Of a DNA stretch of 64,000 bases, positions 44,790-54,944 are shown piece by piece. Made by a program: the position numbers and the translations under genes. Source of the DNA: an uncultured Clostridia bacterium (GTDB lineage: Bacteria > Bacillota > Clostridia > Christensenellales > UBA1242); contig CANBBP010000003.1 of the NCBI GenBank assembly GCA_947366895.1, forward strand, positions 40,544-104,543. The letters are read 5' to 3'. Numbering within the stretch: the first letter of the stretch is position 1; every line of letters starts with the position of its first letter. Below the pieces are notes generated by a model. That model saw nothing but the letters and a program-made list of their open reading frames with translations, did no database searches and was not told the DNA's origin.

Positions 44790-45722
44790 TTAAATCTTAT
44801 TGCTTGTTTTAATTTTTAATTTGCTATGAAATTTTTTATTCTTAATAAAAATAATTAATAAATAAATTCCCAATAAAACAAAAATTGAAAAAATAACAAC
44901 TAAAAACATTGCTAAAATAGAAACTTGGGTATCAAAAAATTTAAAATTGCTATCAAAAGCCACTTTAATGCCATCAATAGCTTGTTCAGGAAGGTCGTTA
45001 CTCAAATGCTGTAAAATACCACGCATGTAATAATTTCTAAATATTACAGTAGAATATGTTCCTGGTATAAAACCAACAAAATGTTGTATGGTTTGTGAAA
45101 ACTGAGATATAGGCATATAAGCTCCACATAAAAAACCATACATTGAAGATATTAAAGTGCATATTGCATTTTGTGCACCTTGCGAAGAAGCAAAAAACCA
45201 AACTATTGAAGCTGCAAGAGAGCCCATAAGAATAGACAAAACGATATTAACTAAAATTAATAAAATGTCCACAAAACTTAAATAAAAACCTATTATTGCA
45301 AAATAAATTAAACTTATAATAAAAACCGTAAAGCATACTAAAAATGCAGTAATAAAATTTGAGATAAAGTAACTAATTTGTAGGGTTGTTTTTTTAACAG
45401 GAGTGATTTTAAAATCCAAATAAACTTTAGTTATTTTATCATTAGTCATAATATTAGAGCAAAAAGCAACAGTTATGCATGAGGTGGCAAGTATAGATGA
45501 AAATAGCCAACTGCTAGTAAAAACACTAACTAAGCTATCTTCTATTTGTATATTTTCAGGAACAAAAGCAAGAAAAGAAGTTTTATAAATATTACCTAAA
45601 AAAGTTAAAAATAAAACAATTAAAATAATAGGTGTTAACAAAGAAGCAAAAAATTGTAGTTTATCTTTAAAATATAATTTATTATTACGAGCAATTAGTA
45701 CCCCTAGTTTTTTTAATTCCAT
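44790..45722 (-). CDS. ABC-2 type exporter permease
   Basis: About 6 TM, RNNKLYFKDK start, FLCGAYMP; follows ATPase gene. Confidence 0.88.
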   Translation of the reverse strand: MELKKLGVLIARNNKLYFKDKLQFFASLLTPIILIVLFLTFLGNIYKTSFLAFVPENIQIEDSLVSVFTSSWLFSSILATSCITVAFCSNIMTNDKITKVYLDFKITPVKKTTLQISYFISNFITAFLVCFTVFIISLIYFAIIGFYLSFVDILLILVNIVLSILMGSLAASIVWFFASSQGAQNAICTLISSMYGFLCGAYMPISQFSQTIQHFVGFIPGTYSTVIFRNYYMRGILQHLSNDLPEQAIDGIKVAFDSNFKFFDTQVSILAMFLVVIFSIFVLLGIYLLIIFIKNKKFHSKLKIKTSNKI

Positions 45723-45725
45723 ATT

Positions 45726-46640
45726 TTAAAACTCCTTTAATTGTTTGCCAGTAACATTTAAAAACACATTATCCATTTTTCCTTTAATAACTTCAAAGTC
45801 GTTAATTAGTGAGGCATTATTTACAATTATGTTTTTTGCTTCAGCAACATTTTTTAAACTTATTTCAATATAGTCTTTTTCAATATTAAATTCATAATTT
45901 TGTTTTTTAAGATTAGTTAAAAGTTTTTTATTATATTTATATATTTTTATAAAATCGTTAGCATATTTATTTTTTAGATTTATAGGGTTATCATTAGCAA
46001 CAATTTTGCCTTCATCAATAATAACAACTTGATCGGCTTCGCTTGCTTCTTCCATGTAATGAGTAGTTAAAAACACTGTTAATTTTTGTTTTTTTCTTAA
46101 TTCGCCCAGTAAATTCCAAACTAGTATTCTAGTAACAGGGTCAAGCCCAGTGGTTGGTTCATCTAAAATTAATAATTTAGGATTATGTATTAATGCTCTT
46201 GCTATATCAACCCTCCTTTTTTGCCCTCCTGAAAGTTTATTTAATGGTCTATTAAGTATTGTTTTAAAATCTAATTTATCGGAAAGAAATTCAAGGTTCT
46301 TATTAAATTCTAGTTTTGAAACATTATAAAGACCAGCACGATATCGCAAGTTATCTAATACGGTAAGTTTATCATCAAGCACCGAATGTTGAAAGACTAT
46401 CCCTAAAATAGATGATATCCCCGAGTGGTTATTATCTATATTAATACCATCAATTAAAACCTCTCCCTCATCTTTATCTAATGCTCCCGCTATAATATTA
46501 ATGGTTGTACTTTTACCAGCTCCATTAAGACCCAAAAATGCAAATAAATCACCCTCTTTAACTTTAAAGGAAATATCATCTACAGCCTTAACCTCTTTAA
46601 AATGTTTTTTTAAGTTTTTAATTTCAACAACATAATTCAT
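45726..46640 (-). CDS. ABC exporter ATP-binding protein
   Basis: GLNGAGKST, LSGGQ, LILDEPTTGLDP, TTHYMEEA. Confidence 0.95.
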   Translation of the reverse strand: MNYVVEIKNLKKHFKEVKAVDDISFKVKEGDLFAFLGLNGAGKSTTINIIAGALDKDEGEVLIDGINIDNNHSGISSILGIVFQHSVLDDKLTVLDNLRYRAGLYNVSKLEFNKNLEFLSDKLDFKTILNRPLNKLSGGQKRRVDIARALIHNPKLLILDEPTTGLDPVTRILVWNLLGELRKKQKLTVFLTTHYMEEASEADQVVIIDEGKIVANDNPINLKNKYANDFIKIYKYNKKLLTNLKKQNYEFNIEKDYIEISLKNVAEAKNIIVNNASLINDFEVIKGKMDNVFLNVTGKQLKEF

Positions 46641-46855
46641 TTTTAAAAATTTCCCTCTTTAATTTAAATTATTTATTAATTATTATTAAATGTTTTTTAA
46701 AACAAAAAAACTAATAAAATTATACAATATAAAATTATTAGTGAATAGTATTTTTTAAAACATTTATAAGTTGTTTGCTAAAAAATGGTAATTCGTGATA
46801 GTATTGAATTAATAAGGGAATTGTTTTTTAGTATATTTTTAATAAAGGGGACAAA

Positions 46856-48073
46856 ATGAATATTTTTAAAAAAGCTTTTGGCAGAACGTATCAATTTGTT
46901 TTTAAATGTGCATTGCCTATTTTGCCATATAGAGAGCCACAATTGCTTAATAGTTATAAAGACATAGTAAGTGTTTTAAAGGATAAAAATTTAACAAAAA
47001 TTTTGTTAGTAACTGACAGAGGGATATTTAATTTAGGATTAACTAAAGACTTAGAAAAAGTTTTACAAGAAAATGATATCAATGTTTTTGTTTATAGCGA
47101 TACAGTAGCCAACCCAACAACAAAAAATGTAGAAGAAGCCTTAGGTATTTATAAACATAATTTCTGCGAAGCCTTAGTTGCTTTTGGCGGGGGCTCTGCT
47201 ATGGATTGTGCAAAAGCAACAGGAGCAAGAATTGCAAATCCTAAAAAGTCGTTAGGACAAATGAAAGGAGTTTTAAAAGTTCGCAGAAAATTGCCTTTAC
47301 TTATTGCTATACCAACAACAGCAGGAACGGGAAGTGAAACCACACTTGCCAGTGTTATAACCGATAGTGAAACTCGTTACAAGTATGCTATTAATGATTT
47401 TCCACTTATACCTAAGTATGCTGTTTTAATGCCAGAACTTACTTTAGGTTTACCAAAAAGTGTAACTTCAACAACAGGTATGGATGCATTAACTCATGCA
47501 ATTGAAGCATATATTGGAAGAAGCACTACTAAGAAAACAAGAGAATGTTCTTTATATGCAGTTAAAACTATTTTTGAAAATATAAAATTAGCTTATGATG
47601 ATGGTTCAAATTTAAAAGCTAGAGAAAATATGCTAAGGGCGGCATATTATGCGGGAGTAGCTTTTACAAAATCTTATGTTGGTTATATTCATGCTATTGC
47701 ACATTCTTTAGGCGGAAAATATAACATTCCGCATGGGCTCGCAAATGCTATAATTATGCCTTATGTTTTAAAAAGTTATGGTAAAAAGGTATATAAAAAA
47801 CTTTGGCAATTAGGGCTACATGCCAATCTTTTTGATAAAGATGTTTCTAAAGAAAAGGGTGCAAAAATTTTTATTGAAGAAATTGAAAAACTTAATAGTT
47901 ATATGAACATACCATCAAATATACCTGGAATAAAGGAAGAAGATATTAAAGAACTAGCAAAAACTGCTGAAAAAGAAGGGAACCCTTTATATCCTGTTCC
48001 TGTTATGTATGATGCTAGCAAGTTAGAAGAAATATATCATTTGGTAAAAGATGGAGTTAAAAACATAAAATAA
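46856..48073 (+). CDS. Iron-containing alcohol dehydrogenase
   Basis: GGGSAMDCAK, PTTAGTGSE, DALTHAIE, IHAIAH, HGLANA. Confidence 0.93.
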   Translation: MNIFKKAFGRTYQFVFKCALPILPYREPQLLNSYKDIVSVLKDKNLTKILLVTDRGIFNLGLTKDLEKVLQENDINVFVYSDTVANPTTKNVEEALGIYKHNFCEALVAFGGGSAMDCAKATGARIANPKKSLGQMKGVLKVRRKLPLLIAIPTTAGTGSETTLASVITDSETRYKYAINDFPLIPKYAVLMPELTLGLPKSVTSTTGMDALTHAIEAYIGRSTTKKTRECSLYAVKTIFENIKLAYDDGSNLKARENMLRAAYYAGVAFTKSYVGYIHAIAHSLGGKYNIPHGLANAIIMPYVLKSYGKKVYKKLWQLGLHANLFDKDVSKEKGAKIFIEEIEKLNSYMNIPSNIPGIKEEDIKELAKTAEKEGNPLYPVPVMYDASKLEEIYHLVKDGVKNIK

Positions 48074-48092
48074 AAAAAAGGAATATGAACTC

Positions 48093-48857
48093 ATGAATTT
48101 CAAAAAAAATTATATATATTTTATTAATTTAGCATTAATATTATTAATACTTATTGGAGATATACTTTACATGACTTTAGATCTTGCTAAGTTAGAACAT
48201 ACCCTATGTAAAGGCATAACTAGTGCATTGTTTGTTTTATTAGGTCTTATTAATTTAATTTATACTTTTAAAAGAGAAGAAATAAACAAAAAATTTAGCA
48301 TTATTATTTTATTAGGTTTATTTTTTGCCATGCTAGGAGATATTGTACTTGAAATTAACTTTATGATAGGTGCTATTCTTTTTGCAATAGGTCATATATT
48401 TTTCTTTGTTTCTTACTGCTTTATTCTTCCTTTCAAGGTTATGGATTTATTAATTGGTATAGCAATTTTTGTGCCAGCAGTATTGTTTATTACACTTGCA
48501 CCCCTATTTAATTTTGGTGGGGTACTAATGGAAGTTATTTGTGTGTTTTATGCTGTAATTATTTCTTGCATGTTGGGTAAAGCAATTTCCAATTTAATAA
48601 GGGAAAAAAGCAAAACAAATATAGTAATTTTTGTGGGTAGTTTATTGTTTTTCTTTTCAGATTTAATGTTGTTGTTTGAAGTATTTGGTAAAGGCGGCGA
48701 AGTTTTTAGCTATTTATGTTTAAGTACTTATTACCCTGCTGAAATCTTACTTGCTCTATCAATTTTAGCAATTTTTATTTTTAAAAAGACAAGTGTAAAA
48801 AATAAAAACAAAACAGTAGATTTACAAAATAATAGTAGCGAAAATAAAGCTAAATAA
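48093..48857 (+). CDS. YhhN/TMEM86 family lysoplasmalogenase-like membrane protein
   Basis: GL-FA-LGD-L, G-LF-IGH-F, GSLLF-SD-L, TYY-A motifs. Confidence 0.82.
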   Translation: MNFKKNYIYFINLALILLILIGDILYMTLDLAKLEHTLCKGITSALFVLLGLINLIYTFKREEINKKFSIIILLGLFFAMLGDIVLEINFMIGAILFAIGHIFFFVSYCFILPFKVMDLLIGIAIFVPAVLFITLAPLFNFGGVLMEVICVFYAVIISCMLGKAISNLIREKSKTNIVIFVGSLLFFFSDLMLLFEVFGKGGEVFSYLCLSTYYPAEILLALSILAIFIFKKTSVKNKNKTVDLQNNSSENKAK

Positions 48858-49091
48858 TAGTAAAAAATGAATAATTATTATTAAAACAATAAAAATTTAT
48901 CTTAAAAAATTATTGGTAAAAAATTATATAACTAAGTATTATAGCCGATTGTAGCAATATTTGTTTTTACAACTTAATATTTTAAAATAATAAAAAACAC
49001 TTAACAAAAAGGTTAAAGTGTTTTTATTTTAATTTATAGCATTGTTTGTTTTTTTAAATATAAAATAACGTTAAATTTATATATTTAAAAG

Positions 49092-50312
49092 TTAATATAA
49101 TTTATTATTTTCTAAAAAGTCTACAAGCATTTTGCGTGTTTTTTCTTCGTTATATGGAATGGAAATCGCACAACTAGCAAATACAGCACCAGTTACAAAA
49201 AATGCAGGAATAAACATAACAGGAGAAATAGCACATAAACCATAAAGGAAAACCTGTACCAACCTAGACGCCTGAGCCCTATTATTTAATGCTTTATTGC
49301 TTATACCCATAATTTTGCATCTCATCATCATTCTTGAGTAACAAAATATGCTAACAAAAGCATATAAAAATCCAATAATTCCAAATAAGAAAATTTCTAA
49401 AATAATTAGATTTACTAAAAATGGCACAACGCAAACTAAAACTCCGGAAACTGCCGCACAAATACAACAAATGTTTGTTAAATCTATTTTGTCATCTAAC
49501 TTCCCAGCAAGTAAACAACCTAAACCAAATAGCCCAAAGAATGATGCCTGAATGTATGCTGTAAAGCTATAACATTCTGCATTTTCTTTAAACAAATATA
49601 AACAAAACAAATTCATTAATCCATCATATATACAAAAGCAAAAGTATATAAAGAAATATTTTAGTAAAAGTTTTTTGCTAATAATTTCTTGTTGATGCTT
49701 TTTTATTTTTATATCTTTAAAACTTTCTACAGCATTTGATATGGCATCTTGATTAAAAGTGTTTTCCTTTTTGTGTATAAGATAATAGAGAAATAAAGGA
49801 ATAATGGAAATTAAATAAACTACACAAGAAATAATTATAGGTATCCATTTAGGTAAACTATCTAAAAAAAGGCCTCCTAGGATAATAGCTAAAATAATTC
49901 CTAAATTTTCAAGCAGTTTTGAAAAACCATTTGATGAAGCCCCCTTATAAAGTGCCGAATAACTAAAAGTTAACTCCATAGGCAATTCTTTAAAGGCGGT
50001 TGATATTCCATGAAAAATGGCAGCGATTATAATACCTAGCAATTTATATTCAGTATCAAGAAGCAAAACAGATAAAGAGTAAAATAAAAAGGGCAGAATT
50101 TTAATAAATAAAAATAGTTGAGGGTGTCTTTCCATTTTTTTGAAAAAAAATGTAGAAAATAAAAGTCTTAAAAACATATTTAGCACTAAAAATAAAAAAG
50201 CATACGAAAAGTTGTTTGTGCTTTGATAAACAATTAGTGCTATAAAAGCCCCTACGATATTAGAGGAAAATTGAGAAAGTATTTTGTGAAAGTTTAGTAA
50301 CTTTAATTGCAT
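49092..50312 (-). CDS. MFS-like transporter
   Basis: About 12 hydrophobic segments in 6+6 arrangement; AGKLDDKI loop. Confidence 0.7.
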   Translation of the reverse strand: MQLKLLNFHKILSQFSSNIVGAFIALIVYQSTNNFSYAFLFLVLNMFLRLLFSTFFFKKMERHPQLFLFIKILPFLFYSLSVLLLDTEYKLLGIIIAAIFHGISTAFKELPMELTFSYSALYKGASSNGFSKLLENLGIILAIILGGLFLDSLPKWIPIIISCVVYLISIIPLFLYYLIHKKENTFNQDAISNAVESFKDIKIKKHQQEIISKKLLLKYFFIYFCFCIYDGLMNLFCLYLFKENAECYSFTAYIQASFFGLFGLGCLLAGKLDDKIDLTNICCICAAVSGVLVCVVPFLVNLIILEIFLFGIIGFLYAFVSIFCYSRMMMRCKIMGISNKALNNRAQASRLVQVFLYGLCAISPVMFIPAFFVTGAVFASCAISIPYNEEKTRKMLVDFLENNKLY

Positions 50313-50487
50313 TTAACACCCTTATTTTTAAATATATATTTTGTTAAGAAAAAAAGATTAAAAATTAATAAAGTAGAAATTAATAAATTGAAAATAAATT
50401 TATTTAAAAAATAAATATATTACACAAAAAAATATTACAATAAAAATACTTGAAAATCAAACGAATTTAGATTTATAATATAAATGT

Positions 50488-51030
50488 ATGAAAAAGAAAT
50501 TATTATTGCATAGTTGTTGTGGGCCATGCTCAACAAGTGTTATAGATAAATTAAAAAATGATTATGATTTAACCATATTTTATTATAATCCAAACATATA
50601 TCCACAGGAGGAATATATTAAAAGGTTAAATGAGCAAAAAAGATATTTATCATTAAGTGGTCAAGACATTAAAGTTATAGATGGAGAGTATCTTGATAAT
50701 CAACTTTTTTATGATAGGTTTTTAGGATATGAAGATTGTGCTGAAGGTGGAGATAGATGTAAAATTTGTATTTTTTTGCGTCTTAAGAAAACTGCAGAAT
50801 TGGCTAAAAGTATGGGATATAGCCTATTTGCTTCCACTTTAAGTGTAAGTCCACATAAAAATGCAAACCTTATAAATGAATTTGGGTTAAAACTTCAAGA
50901 TGAATATGATATTGAATATTTAGTATCAGATTTTAAAAAACAAGATGGTTATTTAAATAGTATAAAACTATCAAAAAGTTATGGGCTTTATCGCCAAAAT
51001 TATTGTGGGTGTAAATATTCTATTCACTAA
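50488..51030 (+). CDS. queH: Epoxyqueuosine reductase QueH
   Basis: LLHSCCGPC, YYNPNIYP, E-G-RC-IC-RL, SP-K, YRQNYCGC. Confidence 0.93.
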   Translation: MKKKLLLHSCCGPCSTSVIDKLKNDYDLTIFYYNPNIYPQEEYIKRLNEQKRYLSLSGQDIKVIDGEYLDNQLFYDRFLGYEDCAEGGDRCKICIFLRLKKTAELAKSMGYSLFASTLSVSPHKNANLINEFGLKLQDEYDIEYLVSDFKKQDGYLNSIKLSKSYGLYRQNYCGCKYSIH

Positions 51031-51060
51031 AAATCTTCTTTATATTTAATATTAAAAATA

Positions 51061-51092
51061 AAAAAAGAGATAAGTTTATTTTATCTCTTTTT
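51061..51092. terminator. Bidirectional terminator (queH / P-type ATPase)
   Basis: AAAAAGAGATAA / TTATCTCTTTTT. Confidence 0.8.
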
Positions 51093-51164
51093 GATTTTAT
51101 TAAACTTAAAAATTAATAAAGTAAAAATATTTATATAAAATGCTCATAGCAATTAATAAAAGTT

Positions 51165-53573
51165 TTAATTTTTTGGTTCTCTTTTAAATTTAAATAATTT
51201 TTTAGAAAAGTCGGTTTCAAAGAACTTTTCAAATAAAAATTTAAACAAAGCAAATAGTAAAGCAATAATTACCCATGCAACTATTAAGAAAATCCATGCA
51301 TTTGCTTGGATAGGAGCATATTTCAAAAAACTTCCAGCAATTACAAAATGTTCAAATAAATAAACAAGTAAGCAGGAAATTAAAGCTCCAAAACAAATAA
51401 TTGAACGATATACATCAAGAGGTAAACATAATTGTAACATTATAAAGAAAGCACCTATCGTTACTGTATAAGAAATTAATGTAGCTAAAACTTTGGTGTC
51501 AGTAATATGGGTTATAGAGCAGAAAATATAGCAGGCTAAGGCCCCTAAAAATAAAACCAATGCACCCGGTAAAGCCTTTGAGGTAAGGTTTGCAATAAAC
51601 GAACCTTTAATTCTATCTTCATTAGGCTGTAGTGTTAGGAAGAAAGAGGAAATGCCTATAAAGAAAGTTTCCCATAACATTATATCGGTGTTTACAAGTG
51701 GATAATTATAACTTGGGGAAATAAGTGTAAATATTGTTAAGAACATAGCAAAAAATGTTTTAGTTAAAAATAATGCTGATGCTTTGGAGATATTATTAAT
51801 TACCCTTCTACCTTCTGCTACAACTTTTGGCATAGTAGCAAAATTATTGTCTAACATAACTAAACTGCTTGCACTTCTTGTAGCTTCACTTCCACTAGCC
51901 ATAGCTATTGAACAATCGGCTTCTTTTAATGCTAAGATATCATTAACTCCGTCCCCAGTCATGGCAACTTTGTTACCTTCTTCCTTTAGGGCTTTAACAA
52001 TTATGCATTTTTGCTCAGGCGTAACTCTACCAAAAACATTATATTTAATAGCACATTTAGCTACTTCCTTATCGGATAAACCCTCAAGACTTATGCATTT
52101 ATGGGCATCAATAACTCCAACTTTTTTACTAATTGTGCTAACAGTATCAACATTATCGCCTGAAATAATTTTTATTTGAACATCGTTATTGTTAAACCAT
52201 TCTATTGTGTCTCTTGCATCTGGGCGAATATTATCTTGAATAGTGATTATTGCAAGAGGAGAATTATTTATTTTAATTTCTTCATTCTTTATATTTGTTT
52301 TATTTTTAGCAAGTAAAAGTACTCTATAACCATCGCTTGTAAAATCTTTAATAGTATTTTTTAATTCGTTATCTAGTTTTTTTGTAACAAACTCAGGGGC
52401 ACCCAACATAAAAGTTCCAAGAGAATCTAAGGTCACAGCCGAAAATTTTCTTTGACTTGAAAATTCTATAATGTCGCTTGCTTTATAATCGTTAGCAACT
52501 CCAAAATAATTTTTAAGAGCTGTTTGAGTTTGATTTGTTGCTTTTATTGCATTAATGTAATTTTTTAAAATATTTTCTATATCTTCCTGATTAGAATTTA
52601 TTGGAATAACATTAGATACTGTCATTGTACCATCAGTTAAAGTTCCAGTTTTATCAAGACATAATACATTTGAACGAGCAAGCATTTCTATACTATAAGC
52701 ATCTTGAGCAAGGGTTTTTCTTCTAGCAAGTTTTAAAACACCAACCACTAGAGAAACACTAGTAAGAAGAAACATTCCTACAGGCATCATACCTATTATT
52801 GCACCTGAAGTGTAAGCAATGGCATTTTTAAAATCAGGAGAAACAAAGTCATAGTTTATTGCATCTAAAAAGGTTAATATTCCAAGTGGAACAAGTATTA
52901 TTCCTATTGTTTTAATAATGATATTAAGAGTTTTTAAAATCTCACTTTGATTGTTTTTAAATTCTCTTGCTTTTTTTACTAGTGATGAGGAATAAGTTGA
53001 TAAGCCAACATTTACAGCTTGAGCCTTACATTTTCCACTAACAACAAAACTTCCACCTAAAAGAGTGTCACCTGCAAATTTTTTAACAGGCTTGCTTTCA
53101 CCGGTAATTAAACTTTCATTTGTTTCAACACTACCTTCAAGTAAAACGCAGTCAGCACAAATTTGATTTCCGCTTTCAAAAAATAAAATATCATCTTTAA
53201 CCACTTTGTCAATATCCACCAAAGTTTCAGTAGAATTTCTAAGGGTTAAAATTTGAGTTTGGTTCATAATAGAAATTTTATCAACCATGCGTTTAGCACG
53301 TATCTCTTGAATAAGTCCTATAAGTAAGTTGGCTATAAAGATAAATATAAACGAGGCATTTGCATAATTTTGTGTACTAATTAACAAAGCCGCCATAAAA
53401 AAACAAATAAAGTTAAACCATGTACAAATGTTGCCCACAAAAATTTGAGTGTATGTTTTAGAAGCTTTTGTTAAAGTTGTGTTTACTTGTCCATTTTTTG
53501 TGCGTTCGCTAACTTGTTCAGAGTTTAATCCGCTATTAAAATTTATTTCATCGTTTGCTATTAATTTTTCCAT
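51165..53573 (-). CDS. P-type cation-transporting ATPase (CtpE-like)
   Basis: TGES, DKTGTLT, ISGDN, TGDGVND. Confidence 0.93.
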   Translation of the reverse strand: MEKLIANDEINFNSGLNSEQVSERTKNGQVNTTLTKASKTYTQIFVGNICTWFNFICFFMAALLISTQNYANASFIFIFIANLLIGLIQEIRAKRMVDKISIMNQTQILTLRNSTETLVDIDKVVKDDILFFESGNQICADCVLLEGSVETNESLITGESKPVKKFAGDTLLGGSFVVSGKCKAQAVNVGLSTYSSSLVKKAREFKNNQSEILKTLNIIIKTIGIILVPLGILTFLDAINYDFVSPDFKNAIAYTSGAIIGMMPVGMFLLTSVSLVVGVLKLARRKTLAQDAYSIEMLARSNVLCLDKTGTLTDGTMTVSNVIPINSNQEDIENILKNYINAIKATNQTQTALKNYFGVANDYKASDIIEFSSQRKFSAVTLDSLGTFMLGAPEFVTKKLDNELKNTIKDFTSDGYRVLLLAKNKTNIKNEEIKINNSPLAIITIQDNIRPDARDTIEWFNNNDVQIKIISGDNVDTVSTISKKVGVIDAHKCISLEGLSDKEVAKCAIKYNVFGRVTPEQKCIIVKALKEEGNKVAMTGDGVNDILALKEADCSIAMASGSEATRSASSLVMLDNNFATMPKVVAEGRRVINNISKASALFLTKTFFAMFLTIFTLISPSYNYPLVNTDIMLWETFFIGISSFFLTLQPNEDRIKGSFIANLTSKALPGALVLFLGALACYIFCSITHITDTKVLATLISYTVTIGAFFIMLQLCLPLDVYRSIICFGALISCLLVYLFEHFVIAGSFLKYAPIQANAWIFLIVAWVIIALLFALFKFLFEKFFETDFSKKLFKFKREPKN

Positions 53574-53912
53574 AATATTAGTTTATCAAAATTATAAATA
53601 AAAAGCCAAATATTAGTTATATTTTTTTTAAAAAAAATGTTAATTTTTTAGTTATATTCTTATTACTTTAAATTAATTATTTAAATCCTCATTGAATAAA
53701 AGTTTAAATTACAACTATTATTATAAAAATATAATTTTTTAGCATGATAAAAAATCAATAAAAAATAAAATATCCACAAACTTCTCTCAATTTGTGGATA
53801 CCTTTATATATGTATTTATTTTAGATTTTTTTCTTTGTTAATTAGTTAATATTCCAAAGTTTAATTAAAATCGAAATTATATATTTGTATTAAATGTGTG
53901 TTAAAAGTTTTT

Positions 53913-54500
53913 TTAATTTAATTGTCTTAAAACACAGGCACATAAATCTTCAACAAACATTTTAGAATCATCACTTTCATAATCATATTCACTGTCAACT
54001 TCATCACATAAACTGCAAATTATACCGTTATATGCAAAATTAATATTTGTCTCATTAATTTCAAATAAAGTTCCTTCTTCTTTGCCTTTTTCACAAATTG
54101 CAGAAAAAAGTTCTAATATAACTTCTTTGCATTTATACAATAATTCTGTAATTGTATCAGCATCTTCTTCTGTTAAAAATGGTGCATAATTATCTAAAAA
54201 TGTCCATGGCATAACCATCCAGTAGTTTGCTTTCATGGTTATAATTACTGCTTTTATAAATACCTTTAAACTTGCTCGAAAAGTTGTAATTCTAAAACCA
54301 TTTGAGAAGAATTTCATCATTCTATTTAAATAAAAAATTATGCTGTTAAATACCATTTCATCTTTACTTACAAAGTACTCATAAATAGTACTTTTACCCA
54401 TTCCACATCTCTTTGCAACTTCTGCAAGAGTAATAGATTTGTAGTCTACACGGTCGTTTAACATGCCAAGAACTTCTTCATAAATCATTTCTTTCTTCAT
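53913..54500 (-). CDS. TetR/AcrR family regulator
   Basis: N-terminal HTH ITLAEVAKRCGMGKSTIYEYF-SKDEM. Confidence 0.9.
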   Translation of the reverse strand: MKKEMIYEEVLGMLNDRVDYKSITLAEVAKRCGMGKSTIYEYFVSKDEMVFNSIIFYLNRMMKFFSNGFRITTFRASLKVFIKAVIITMKANYWMVMPWTFLDNYAPFLTEEDADTITELLYKCKEVILELFSAICEKGKEEGTLFEINETNINFAYNGIICSLCDEVDSEYDYESDDSKMFVEDLCACVLRQLN

Positions 54501-54516
54501 TTTGCAACTCCTACAA

Positions 54517-54528
54517 GACTTATAAGTC
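54517..54528. promoter_or_regulatory. Probable TetR auto-operator
   Basis: Perfect palindrome GACTTATAAGTC just upstream of the tetR SD. Confidence 0.5.
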
Positions 54529-54944
54529 AGTATAATTATTATATATTTTTTTAAATTTGTAAAACAAATTACAGCAAATTAGTACATTTTAAACCGTTTA
54601 AAAGGTTTTTTTAATATTAAAAAAAATATATTAAATAAAAACCGACCTATTGTTCATTATTATGAATATAGTTTAATGTAGTGTTTTTTTATAAAACACA
54701 TAGTATTAGAAAAATATATTTTCAAGCATTATATTATTTTTAATATAATATAAAAGAAGAAAAAATTTAAAAAACTAAAATTATTTAATTAATAAAGAAA
54801 ATTAACCTTTACAAAAGTTGTAGAAAAATTAAATATAATAGTATAATGATTTTAATAATTTAAATAAATTTGGTAGATAAATTTAATAATAATTGCTATA
54901 ATACTACTAGTTATTTTTAGTAAAAAAGGAAGGATTTACAAATA

